Assembly (NCBI GenBank): GCA_963693365.1
Contig: CAVNZM010000012.1
Coordinates: 7,444,001 to 7,508,000, forward strand
Reading direction: 5' to 3'
Length of the DNA: 64,000 nt
Source: Amoebidium appalachense
Lineage: Eukaryota; Protista; Ichthyosporea
Positions 31,621 through 43,957 of the stretch are shown here, one piece after another (the first letter of the stretch is position 1; each line of letters begins with the position of its first letter). Made by a program: the position numbers and the translations under genes. The notes below the pieces were generated by a model, which was given only the letters and a program-made list of their open reading frames with translations, was not told the DNA's origin and made no database searches.

Positions 31621-32393
31621 GGGGGGGGGGGGGGGGGGATGTGTATGTATGTGTGTATGTGTGTGGTGGTGGTGGTGGGGGGTGGGGTGGGTGGGTGGGG
31701 GGGGGTGGGTGTGTGTGTGTGGGGGGGGGGGGGGATAACCTCTTATCCGTTGTGAGCACGAGTGTAAGCTTTCTCATGCATATTCCTAGTTTTTTTTAAG
31801 GTTTCATAAAAACTTTTGTTTTGGCGCACCGAAACTTCCCGCCCAAAGCATCTATTTGGCTAAATTTGCGATCGCGCAAAAATAGTTGGTCCATACAATT
31901 TTTTTTTCGATTTGCGATATTCAGGCTACTTTATTTATAGTTTTATGACAGGACTCAGCAGGGTTGGTTATCAAGCAGGTCAAATATCGCATATCAGACC
32001 GAGTCGTGTGCATGTCATCTTTTTTAACCCCAGGACAGAAAGACATGGTCATATCACGCTATGATAGTGACCAGCAAAATTCAATGGAAAGTCTATAAGG
32101 TATTACAAACATCAAGTAATGTGTAAGTTGCATTCGAACTTTCAACTGTTTAACAAGGCCATTCGTGCCCAGTCCCGTTCAATACTGTATGCTAAATTGG
32201 AGTTACACATTACTGTAATAACGTGGCCGCTACCGTTGTGATTAAGTTTAAGGGAGGAGTATAGATTACGGGCCCAAACAGGGTGATTAACTGAGATACC
32301 TAAGACTTAGCGAAGATGCTTTCCGAAGGTACTGTATCCGTTACTTAGAGTCTTCAAATTACTAGTAGGGTGACTTCCTTAGGTTCAAGTTCT

Positions 32394-32907
32394 TCAAAAG
32401 ACATTTGCAATCATAGCACCCAGAGCAGCGACCACAACCACCAGACAGTTAACAGCGTTAAAGGAGCCAAGGGAAGGCGTTGCAGAAGTCGACGGGCCTG
32501 GGGTCGACGTCGCCGTTGAGGTACTTGTAGTAGCGGAAGCATCGACACTCAAAGTAGGGTCATACACCATCGACTTAACAAAGTGTGGGAATACCATCGT
32601 CACATCTTTAACACTCAGAGACACGTTGCATTGCTTAGTTGCCGGGTTCCCCTGGGCATCTTTAACAGTCACATACTGTTCCAGTTTCACGCTGCCGGAA
32701 GGGGTTTTAACGGTCGTCAGCTCTGTCCCTGCATCGTTTGTGGTGTTGAAGTCTCCTGCACCTCCGTTGTCTTCAATGTTGACCCCAAAGTGGAGCGTGT
32801 TGTTCTCGTTGAGGAAGGGCCAGTCGCTAACCTTGACCGTAAACTTCAGCGTATTTTCTTCTTGCTTATGTGTGGCGACCTGTTTTTGTTTGGAAAATTG
32901 TGAGCCA

Positions 32908-32965
<58 letters not shown>

Positions 32966-33898
32966 GGGGGACGGGAGGGAGGGGAGGGGGGGGGGGGGGG
33001 TTGGTAAACAAGGTGCCGCATTCCGTGATGTGCGTTCGAGGTCATTTGGACTGTTGGAAAAGGCCCAGAAGCCTAGGGGGCAGCTGCAGGGTTGTATGTT
33101 CTAATTATTCTCTTGATGATATTTTCTGTGTTCTGGTGTTTTGTATTTTTAGCAGACTATTGCTAGGGGTGTTTGATTGTTGCAAGCTTGGGTTCCTTTT
33201 ACCATTTGCTTTGCTAGGAGGGTTGGCTTTGTGCGGTACAGCCTTTTGCTGGAGGGGGACCCGGGGGGGGGGGGGGGGGAGGGGGATGGGGAGAAAGGGG
33301 GGAAGGGGGGAAGGGGGGGGGGGGGGAAGGGAGAGAGGGGGGAAGGGGTGGAGGGGAAGGGCGGGGGGTGGGGGGGGGACTCGAAGTGAGCCGTGCCAAG
33401 AGAGGCCTGTTTGCATTATTGGGGGGTGCAATATGAATGGAGCGTTGAGTGAAAGAATTCGAAAGTAGTAGAAGGGATGTTGGGTATGGTCCGGGGACAA
33501 TAGAATGAAAAGCGGAGGGGGGGGGGGGGGAGGGGGGGGGGAAGGGGAGGGGGGGGGGTAGGGGGGGAGGAGGAGGGGGGCGATGGGCAGCCACACACCT
33601 GCACCATAACCTCTGTGCAGTTTATGCCATCTTGAGCAAGACAATACTTGGTATCATTCTTCACGCAGTCTACATTTTTCTTGTCGGCGTTGATGCAGCG
33701 GAAGAGGTCGCATGTGTTGGATGTGATGTTGAAGGAAGTGCACACCGGCTCCGGATTGGTCGAGTTGTGGATGAGGTATGTATCAAACGAGAACCTGTTA
33801 AGGGTTGCATGGTGATTAGTGATGGTTGCCCGTGGGATGGTGTCAGGAAGGAAGTCGATGTGCCCAGAAGAATGGCTAAGTTTTTTTTTTTTTTTTTT

Positions 33899-33929
<31 letters not shown>

Positions 33930-35377
33930 GTTGGAGAACATGGTACTGCAGAAGCAGCGCGAAGAGGAAAAAAAGAGGGAAAAGTGAGAATGCACAATTG
34001 CATAAAGTCGAAATAAGGTGTTTTTTTCTACGAGTCCAATTTTACCACTACGTAACCTCCGATGTAAAAGCTTTCAGGCATGTGTGGTTTTCCTTTTTTT
34101 TCATTTTTTTTTTTTTCATTCAACGGTTTCATTTTGTTTATTTCTTATTTCTTATTTCATTTTCATTTTTTTCTGAGGAGGGGGGGGGGGGGGGGGGGGG
34201 GGGAGGGAGGGGAGGGGCTGCTTGAGAATGTCGGAGGAGTATTCAGAAAACCAGACGCGTGTAGCGGCACGCTAAAGGGCCTGTGGCAGGAGTTACAGTG
34301 TTGTGGGTTGGAGAGAGAGAAGGGGAGGGTGGGGGGGAGGAGGGGCGGGAGGCGGAGTGGGGGGGGGGGGGGGGGGGGGGGGTAATAAAGGAAATGTGGT
34401 TTAATTTAAAATTACAGTTGTGCATGATCGATGCAGCCAGCTAGCAGAAGACAAGCTCATAAGTAAGGTTGAGGATAGATTGAGAGGTTGGTGTTTTTTT
34501 CGTGTGTGTCACCAGGTAGGAGGGGTGCTTACTGTGCCTTCTGGTTTTTGCCCGGGCCGACATCAATAGTTGTGTTGAACGACACCTTTGTGCATGTCGT
34601 TGCGTTTGTTCCCTCGGGGCACACACCGTCAATGGCAGACCAAGCAGTTGCCTTGTTGGCCCACAAGGTTTCCTGTGTATTTTTTGTGTCGTTGTGATGT
34701 GTCCGTGTAGGGTGTGTCGGTGCACCAAAAACAGGGAAGGGAAAGCCGGGAATTCTGGAGGGGCGAGACAGCAGGGGAGGCGAGTTGAGTACCCTGGCCC
34801 ACGGTCGCTCGCACATGAACAGGCACACGCACAACATTAAGAGTTACGCACATGCACAAAAAGTGCACAAATGTGCACAAAACAAGAAAATGCCGATTGA
34901 ATAGTAAGACAGACTCCTGCAGCTGGACCGCGTTGCCAGTGCCAGCGCGTTAGCTACTACTGTTCAACATATAAAAAAACAGTTACTCGAGTCCGCCCTA
35001 TGTGTGTAACAAACACAACTACAGTAATCCATGCACAAACACGCGCGCAGAATAATGGCCAAAGTCACAGAAACAGGCCCATGAACACACACGGACATGC
35101 ATACATGCACATGCACCTTGTTGGTCGTCACTTTTCCAGTCGTATCGTATTCCTCCAGCTTTGCCATCTTGATCTTCACAGACCTCGTGCTGTTTGTCTT
35201 GAAGAAAAGTCTAAACTGCCCCGAGTTGCCAACATATTCCACCCCATATTTTGCGTTTTCCACAGTTGGAGAGCCAGCTGTCGTTTCGTTTATGCCCACG
35301 TTAGCGTTTTTTCCACCTGCCTCCACGTTGGTGACGGCAACCGCCGCTGCAAAAAAAGCGAACCCGGATTTCAACAT
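32394..35377 (-). CDS. Secreted, probably GPI-anchored beta-sandwich protein (SAARP/ComC-supersandwich-like), ~372-387 aa
   Basis: Exons 35377-35117, 34672-34533, 33830 (or 33875)-33599, 32879-32394. Signal peptide MLKSGFAFFAAAVAVTNVEA; motifs GNSGQF, KIKMAKLEEYD, LKFTVKVSDWPF and FPHFVKSMVYDP; Cys-rich exon 3; S/T-rich stalk; hydrophobic C-terminus LVVVVAALGAMIANVF. Conservation with the paralog at 39671-41991 supports the exons. Confidence 0.8.
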
Positions 35378-36468
35378 TTTCTCGGTCTTGTGAACACAGA
35401 AGGCCTACATATGTTGAATAGGAAAAGCTATCGGGCCGATATCGATTTTCCCCCAAAAGATATGAAGGAGAGTTCTGAAACTTCCTTTTGGAAGGAGAGT
35501 CGACGCGTGCGTGCGTCTTTTTTGACCGTCTGGTCCAAAGCCCTAACCGGCGTTGTACGTGAGACAACTCGTGTTGTTATTCGTCAATACAATTACTTTG
35601 ATGCGCAATAAGCCAATGTAATATTTGTTATGTCATAAGCCCGTTTTGATTAGCTTTAAATCATTGTCAGCTATGATCGCATGTGCGTTTTGTAATTGTT
35701 TGGAGTCATGCTGCTGCGGTGAGATGCCTTTTATAGCTTGCCACACGTTCACAAGTTGAATCACAACACGGAGGAAAGCTAAAAATAACAAAATATCACC
35801 ACAGCGCGCCATTCACGTGCCACGATTTTTTTTTCCGGTCCTTTCGTTGGTTTTATCTCCTACTTTCTCCGATGGAGACTTCGTTTTTGCGAAAGATTAA
35901 TCTACACATGTCTCGGTGATTTCGGAGCTACTCGCGTGCAGAAATGTGCGGTCACCTTGGGAGACAGTGGCACACAACCATACAGTGAGCATAGCGCTCT
36001 TTCATTACTAATATTCCATTGAAGTCAGTGGTTCCGACGTTCCGGGAATCCGATGTTCTTTTTCGGATCACGCACGGCTCCGCCATTTGAAGTGTGCGCG
36101 TGTAGAGTGCACGTCGAACCAACCTGCTTATGCACCGCTCTCCCCACGGACACAGATAACAGGTTATCCGTATGAGTGTATGCTTTGTATGTACGTATGC
36201 CTGTCTGACGATCCGCCATCCGATCATAATACATGTACAATACATGTATATCCCCTCCCACCCCTCCCTGAGGCTCCACCCCTCCCTCCCTCCCCCTCCC
36301 TCCCCCCCAAAACACACACACGCACACGCACACACGCACACGCACGCACGCACGCACCAACCCACACGCGTACACACACACAAACAGACAGACACATAAA
36401 CACACGCACACACAGACACGCACACACACACACACACGCACACACACGAACACATGCACACATACACA

Positions 36469-36536
<68 letters not shown>

Positions 36537-36617
36537 TAAACACAGTACAGTATCACTCACACACACAGGCACACGTGTAGACTGTGACACCCACCCACAC
36601 ACACACACGCACTGTTT

Positions 36618-36690
<73 letters not shown>

Positions 36691-36711
36691 GTCACACACA
36701 CACACACACAC

Positions 36712-36756
<45 letters not shown>

Positions 36757-36758
36757 GT

Positions 36759-36794
<36 letters not shown>

Positions 36795-36830
36795 CACACA
36801 CATGTGTACACACAAACACACAAGAACACG

Positions 36831-36866
<36 letters not shown>

Positions 36867-36912
36867 TGACACACACACACACACACACTTGCTATGACAC
36901 ACACACACACAC

Positions 36913-36998
<86 letters not shown>

Positions 36999-37700
36999 CA
37001 CACACACACACGATGGCTTGGACGTTCCCTCTTTTTCCCAGCAGCCGAACCCCAGCCCCCATCTCGCCTATGCATATATAGTATTGGCCAAGCCTTGAGC
37101 TAGCTCTAGGGCATGAGGGCAACTTGAAGAAGTAGTTCCCGCCTCTCTCTCCTCTCGTCTCCGCAGACCCTGAGGGGAGAGGTAGGGGGTAGCCTCCGGG
37201 GGAGCCGGGGGAGGGGGGGGAGGGGGGTTGGGGGAGGGGGGAAGGCAGGTACCGGAGGGGGGAAAGCGACGTGTCAAAAAGGGGAGGGATACATAGAGGG
37301 GGGGGCAAATCTGGGGTTGATAGGCTGAAAGCTAAGGAATTTGTGTTGTGTGTGTGTGTGTGTGTGGGGGGGGGGGGTGGAGAAGAGAGGGGGGTTGGTG
37401 GGGAGGGGGAGGGGGAGTCACAATTTGTGTGGGATAAAAGGAGGAGAGAGAGGGGAGGGGGGGGGGGGAGGGAGCGGGAAAGACGAAGAGGAGAGCCTAG
37501 CAAATCGTGTGAATCTCAATCGTGAAATGTTAATGATACCAAGTGTGAGCTCGCATATCGAGGCAAAATTAATCCCCCTTAAAATTAAAAGATCTATACA
37601 TATGCCATACACGAGGGTGCCCAAATCATACTGGGAATTTGAGGAGGGCTCAGATTTGGACAACCTGGGATTCCGAATCCCCCCCCCCCCCCCCCCCCCC

Positions 37701-37817
37701 CCCGCTGCGCTCCTCCGCATTTCAAATTCAAGGATCCCTTCTTGGCCCGGCCCAGATCTTTTGATGGCCGGGCCACGAAGGGATCCTTGATTTTGAAATG
37801 CGGAGGAGCGCAGCGGG
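37701..37817. repeat. Near-perfect inverted repeat (~52-bp stem, ~13-nt loop)
   Basis: CCCGCTGCGCTCCTCCGCATTTCAAATTCAAGGATCCCTTCTTGGCCCGGCC pairs with GGCCGGGCCACGAAGGGATCCTTGATTTTGAAATGCGGAGGAGCGCAGCGGG with 2 mismatches. Confidence 0.95.
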
Positions 37818-37905
37818 CGGGAGGGGGTGGGGGGTTGGGGGGAGAGAGAGAGAGTGATCAGAAGGGATTATGAAACCCACATGGCCCTGCTCGAGGGGGT
37901 GGTGT

Positions 37906-38178
37906 AGGGCCCAACCACACGTGCAGAATGAACTTACTGTGCCCGAATATCTGCCGAAAATAGCTATTCTGCTTTTAACAGCTTTTCTGGACGAATTTAG
38001 CAAAAGCAGAAGCCTCCTGCAAAAGCAGAGTTGTTCTGTTTGATGAGTAGAAGCAATCTGTTTGAATGTAGCAGATTTATTCTCAGACTGCTAGCGCAGA
38101 ATTGTTCTACTGAAGACAAGACAGCGGAATCATTCTGCCTGTAGACTCTGTAGCTTCTGCTTGTAGCAGGGGCCCGTA
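37906..38178. mobile_element. Possible degenerate hAT-type MITE
   Basis: Ends TAGGGCCC...GGGCCCGTA with many internal GCAGA/TCTGC repeats; no clean TSD. Confidence 0.35.
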
Positions 38179-38445
38179 GTGTGGGGCTCGGTGAAACTCT
38201 TATGTCTTAAATATGAGGACTTCTAAGCTTCAATGATGAGGTTTTGTGTTTTGCAGTGGAGGCCAAGCTTAAGTTAAGTTAAATCATCATACTCTTGCAT
38301 GATGATTATGATGGACATGATCGCAGTATACTACTGTACTACTAAAAAGATATGGTAACCAGGTTGGGTGGGTGCACGTCCCCCTCCCCCATCCCCTTTC
38401 CCCTCCCTCTGGGGTGTTTGTGTGTGTGTGGCAGTGTGTTGGGGG

Positions 38446-38493
<48 letters not shown>

Positions 38494-38689
38494 GTGAGCA
38501 GCCAAACCCCCCCCCCCCCCCCCCTCACCCCCACCTCGTGACCACACCACCAAAACATACCCCCCCCTCCCCCCCCGGCCTCCCCCTTCCCTCCTGGTCT
38601 AATTAGCCTGGAATTTGCTCACTCAAACCCTTGAGCAGAGGGGAATCAAAAAAAAAAATTAGTAAAGGGGAAAAAGAACGAAAGAAAAT

Positions 38690-38862
38690 CGAAAGTAAAC
38701 CATACGGTTTGTTTACGTATACCCACGTGCACCTTCATAACTTTAGAATATGCTTTTCAGGAGCCAAACCCGCGAAGATTCCAGAAAACACCGTCAATGG
38801 TCCGTCATACCAACTTTCGCCCTAATTGCAGTCGTGAATTTTTCCACCTCCCTCTTCTTTCA
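38690..38862 (-). pseudogene. Decayed duplicate of the 3' end of the thioesterase gene
   Basis: AGAATATGCTT...TTCCAGAAAACACCG...TCCACCTCCCTCTTCTTTC matches ~43537-43630 in the same orientation, with indels. Confidence 0.8.
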
Positions 38863-39670
38863 GCAAGCTCGAGCTCCCTCAGCCTCGAGCTCTTATAAAC
38901 GCTTTCTTCCTTCAGTTGCCGTTTTGTTGCCTTCAGCTTTTTTTCACTGTACTTCATTTCAACAACAACCTTTGAATCGTTCAAGAATCATGCACCGAAG
39001 CATGCGAATATTTACCAGGAAATCTAAAGAGAGGAACAACAGTATAGCAGATGTAACAGCAGGAACACGTGCACCTTCGAATTATTATTGTCCGTGGAAG
39101 GCTATAGGGGAGGCAAGTGATCAGCCGCTCTCCGGGCACGTGGATCGTCCGGCCCCCAGATAAATATCTACATTTTTTACAAAAGGTAGCTGTACGTGAC
39201 ACGTGCATGGGCATTCTGTGAACTTGTGATATTTTTAGCTTTTCGCTATCACGGTTTGTGTGAACCGGGTTTTCGCACAGCTATATTTAGCATCGACGGC
39301 AGCACAGTTACGCAACGCACATGTTGTCATAGCTGACAATGATTATATACCAATCAAAATGGAAACCTTATTGGCCAGATTTTAGATTGGTTCATCGTGC
39401 ATCAAATTGGGCATTGAATACCTGCATAACCCAATGAAAACATGCTCTGTCTCACGTACGCGCCGGCTTGAGCTTTCGAGTCCGACACCATCCGGTCATC
39501 CGTTACTTCAAAAAGGGGCACGCATCGCAACTCTGACAGCACACTCATTCTAAAGGGCCACTCGAAGTAACCACACCTCTCTCTTAAGCTCTTACATCCG
39601 CTCTTTTATATCACAACAGGCAACTTTAGGAGCCTTTATAACTTCCCGACAGCTATTGCTTTTCGAGAAG

Positions 39671-40240
39671 ATGTTGAAATCTTCGTTCGCATTGTTCGCA
39701 GCAGCGGCTGCTATCGCCAACGTTGTCGAGGCAGCTGGAAAGAACGCTAATGTGGACATAAACGAAACGACAGCTGGCTCTCCTACTGTGGAAAACGCAA
39801 AATATGGGGTGGAATACGTCGGCAACTCGGGGCAGTTTAGACTTTTCTTCAAGACAAACAGCACGAGGTCTGTGATGATTAAGATGGCAATTGGCTAGAG
39901 GAATACGACACGACTGGAAAAGTGACAAGGCAACTCTGCTTGGTCTGCCATTGACGGTGAGTGCCCCGAGGGAACAAACGCAACGACATGCACAAAGGTT
40001 TCGTCTAACACAACTATTGATGTCGGCAGCAACCAAAAGGCGCAGTAAGAATCCGTCCTGCCATACAGACTCGCAACAACAACGTCCTACTTATCCTCAC
40101 CCAGGGCCTTCGTTGCCGTGTCGAATTTTCTCCTGCTTCTAACTCCATGGCTGCCTCTATCTCGAAACTCATTTTTCTGAACCACGTGTGCACCTTTTCA
40201 TCATGTTGTAAAAGTTCATCAATTATTCATAATCCAGCCG

Positions 40241-40273
<33 letters not shown>

Positions 40274-40419
40274 TCTCCACCCCCTCTCTCCCCCCACCGC
40301 CGGCGCCCATCCCTTGCCCACCCTCTTTTCGTTCCTAGGCCTCTGCATGTGTCTAGCTTTCTAGGGAACCTCCATTACGGTACCCATGAACATTATAAAC
40401 ACGCCTTGTTCTCCCACAC

Positions 40420-40469
<50 letters not shown>

Positions 40470-41991
40470 AAAAAAAAAATTCTCCCAGCAAGCTGCTTTA
40501 CCTTTTCCCTCAGAAATTACGGCAGACCCTGTGTGCACGCACATAGCTTCTATGTTTGTCCTCCCTTGTTTCTGTATCATCTTCTGTCCCCTCTTATGTA
40601 AACCCTTTTTAGTACCCCCATACCACCATGCTTCTGGACCTACTCAACCTTCCTCACACCTTCTCACGGTTAACCATCACTAATCACCATGCAACGCGCA
40701 ACAGGTTCTCGTTCGACACATACCTCATCCACAACTCGACCAATCTGGAGCCTGTGTGCACTTCCTTCAACATCACATCCAACACATGCGACCTCTTCCG
40801 CTGCATCAGCGCCGACAAGAAAAATGTAGACTGCGTGAAGAATGACACCAAGTATTGTCTTGCTCCAGTGGCACAAACTGCACAGAGGTGCAGGTGTGTA
40901 GCTGCCTGCTCTACCCCCCCCCCCCCCCCCCCCCCTCCTCCCCCCGCCCCCACCCCCCTGGCCCACCCACCCTTTTTTTCTTCTCATTTTTTTTTTGTGT
41001 TCCTTATTCCGAACTCCTTTCAAATTTGATATAACTTTTGTCTACCACACCATCATGCACACACGTCTCATCCTTTTTGCCACGGCTCCCTTTGAATGCT
41101 CTCCATTCCTCTGTCCCGCACAACCCCCTCCCCCTCCCCCCCCCCCCCTTCCCCGATCCGGCCCCCGTAGGAGAGACATAGGATAAAAAAGTAAACTTTG
41201 TCAAAATCACACAAGCCTAGCAATGGTCGGCAGAAGAACAAAAACACCAGAAAGGAGGAAAATTCGTCATTAAGATATTTAGAACTTACGTCATTGTAGC
41301 CACCCCTCTTTGGCTGCAATCACTTAACCTTTTTGCAACAGCCTAAATGGTCTCAAAGGCACGTGAATTAGGCTGCTTCAAGTTGTTTACCCCCCTAACC
41401 CCCCCCCCCCCCCTCCCCCCCCTTCCACACACCAACACACACTCAACCCCCTCCCCTCTCTGCTCCCTCCCCACCCCCTTCTCAGGAACTTACAAATTTT
41501 CAAACAAAAACAGGTCGCCACACACAAGCAAGAAGAAAATACGCTCAAGTTTACGGTCAAGGTTAGCGACTGGCCCTTCCTCAACGTGAACAACATGCTC
41601 CAATTTGGGGTCAACATTGAAGACAACGGAGCTGCAGGAGACTTCAACACCACAAACGACGCAGGGACAGAGCTGACGACCATTAAGACTCCCTCCGGCA
41701 GCGTGAAACTGGAACAGTATGTGACTGTTAGAGACGCCCAGGGGAACTCTGCAACTAAGCAATGCAACGTGTCTCTTAAGCACCAAAGATGTGACGATGG
41801 TATTCCCGCACTTCTTAAAGTCGGTGGTGTATAACCCTACTCTAAGTGTTGATGCTCCCGCCACTACAACTACTACCGCGGCCCCAACCCCGACAACTTC
41901 TGGGAATCCTTCCCTTGGCTCCTTTAAGTTTGTCAATAGTCAATTGGTTGTAATCACCACTCTGCTTGCCATGTTTGCTAATGTCTTTTAG
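39671..41991 (+). pseudogene. Inverted paralog of the 32394-35377 gene, disrupted
   Basis: MLKSSFALFAAAAAIANVVEAAGKNANVDINETTAGSPTVENAKYGVEYVGNSGQF is near-identical to the intact copy. Lesions: in-frame stop at 39896-39898, deletion of intron 1 plus flanking codons at ~39926, and frameshifts at ~40865 and ~41780. Confidence 0.85.
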
Positions 41992-42335
41992 AAGGTCGAA
42001 ACACGAGTAATTTTATATTAGAAAAGAACATATGTTATGTCCTAAAAGTTCCATAACTTGAAAGACGGATAGGAGTAGTTCTAACTTAGGAAAAAAATAC
42101 CAAGTCACCTTTCCCTCAAGTCTTAAAGCGTACAAGGCTTTTAGTACCATATTAAATTTCATGTGCATTGCTTCGGTCTGCTTGTCTATCATCTTTTTCA
42201 AACTTCATAGAAGGGCTCTATAGTTATAATAGGCTTTAGCCGTTGCTAAATTAAAGCGACTCAGAACGAACCAATCCTATGTGAGTCCCGACATGCCATA
42301 GAGAAGAAAATGGCATATGGTGAAGGGTCAGAGGC

Positions 42336-42386
<51 letters not shown>

Positions 42387-42537
42387 CCTGCCCCTCCCCC
42401 TTCCCTCTCCCCTCTCGCCTTGTCCCAGGCAGATGTCCCCTTGCTCCACACGACCCGACAGTCCCCCCCCCCCCCCCCCCCCCCCAGAGGTATGTTCGGG
42501 TCGGCCAAACATATTTAACACGCGGACCTTCTCAGAA

Positions 42538-42587
<50 letters not shown>

Positions 42588-43529
42588 AAATACCTCCCCT
42601 CCCAGCCCCATCTCTACTTCAGTAGAAATCCAGGATAGGAAGATACATATAAATAGTGAATTTGAACCGTTACAAGAGAGTGATTTCCGAACAGGCAAAC
42701 CGGCAAATGCAATCGACTCCGAGTGCCAGGTATATGCGTACGAAATCAAGCACACAGGAACAAGTCAGAGGCCGTGTGAATGGAAAATGCCAACTTAGTA
42801 GTTGCTTGTACAAAGTTACCCTGCCATTACACACCCATTGTGACAAGTATATACAGGTGGTGAGGAGGGGGGAGGGGGGCTTGCAAGGGGGGAGGGGGGG
42901 GGGGGGAGAGGGAGGAGGAGAGGGGGGGAGGGGGGGGGGGGGGGGAGAATCAGAGAGACACCTTAGAGGTAGCCAAGGAAAGTGGGGAACGAGGGACAGA
43001 GAAAGGAATGATGGGCTAAAAGGGACGGATGTGTGTTGTTGTGTGTGTGTGTGTATGCCTGTGCGGGGAGGAAGGAGTAGACGGGGTGGAGGGGGGGAAG
43101 GGGGACCAGGGTGGGAGGTGGGGGTTAGAGACCCACCGAGCTCGTTATCAGCAACAAAAGTGATACCAATCGTGAGTCACATAGTTTATTTAGGGAACAA
43201 TAACATTCCTCCAGACCACCTCTACATAGTAACTGTAATATATACACACAAGAACGCAAAAGGCTATGAGAGAGCTTAGAAACACTGCGCCATTTCTGAG
43301 CTTATCGACCCCTAACTGGATCTCCCTAACAAAAACACGCCTACGTCAAATGATGAATCATGTTCTTGATATCAATCACCAATTTTCAAAGCAAGATATT
43401 TCGATTTACTCAAAAAAATAAAATAAAATAAAAAATAAAATAAAAAATAAAAAAAGAAAAAAGAAAAAAAGAAAAAAGAAAAAGAAGAAAAAAAATGCAG
43501 AAGCTAAACCATACATTTCACATAACCAC

Positions 43530-43798
43530 TCAACTCAGAATATGCTTCTCAAGGACAAAACACGTGAAAGTTCCAGAAAACACCGCCACACCATCCTTCG
43601 TTGCAGTCACCTCCACCTCCCTCTTCTTTCCGCTCTCTGTTTTAACCTCAGCTTCCGCAACAACTTTATCTCCCAGTTTTGTTGGTTTCAAAAACTTTAC
43701 GTTTGCGCTTCCAAGGACAACGGTTGGGTCATTCACTGCAAGCATTGCTGCGTAGTCGGCAAGGCCAAAGATGAACCCACCGTGTGCAAGACCTGTGT

Positions 43799-43848
<50 letters not shown>

Positions 43849-43867
43849 TGTGTATGTGTGTGTGTGT

Positions 43868-43957
<90 letters not shown>

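Noticed and set aside
33010-33250. Extra exon in the secreted-protein gene
   Set aside because: It contains an in-frame stop; exon 3 joins exon 4 in phase without it.
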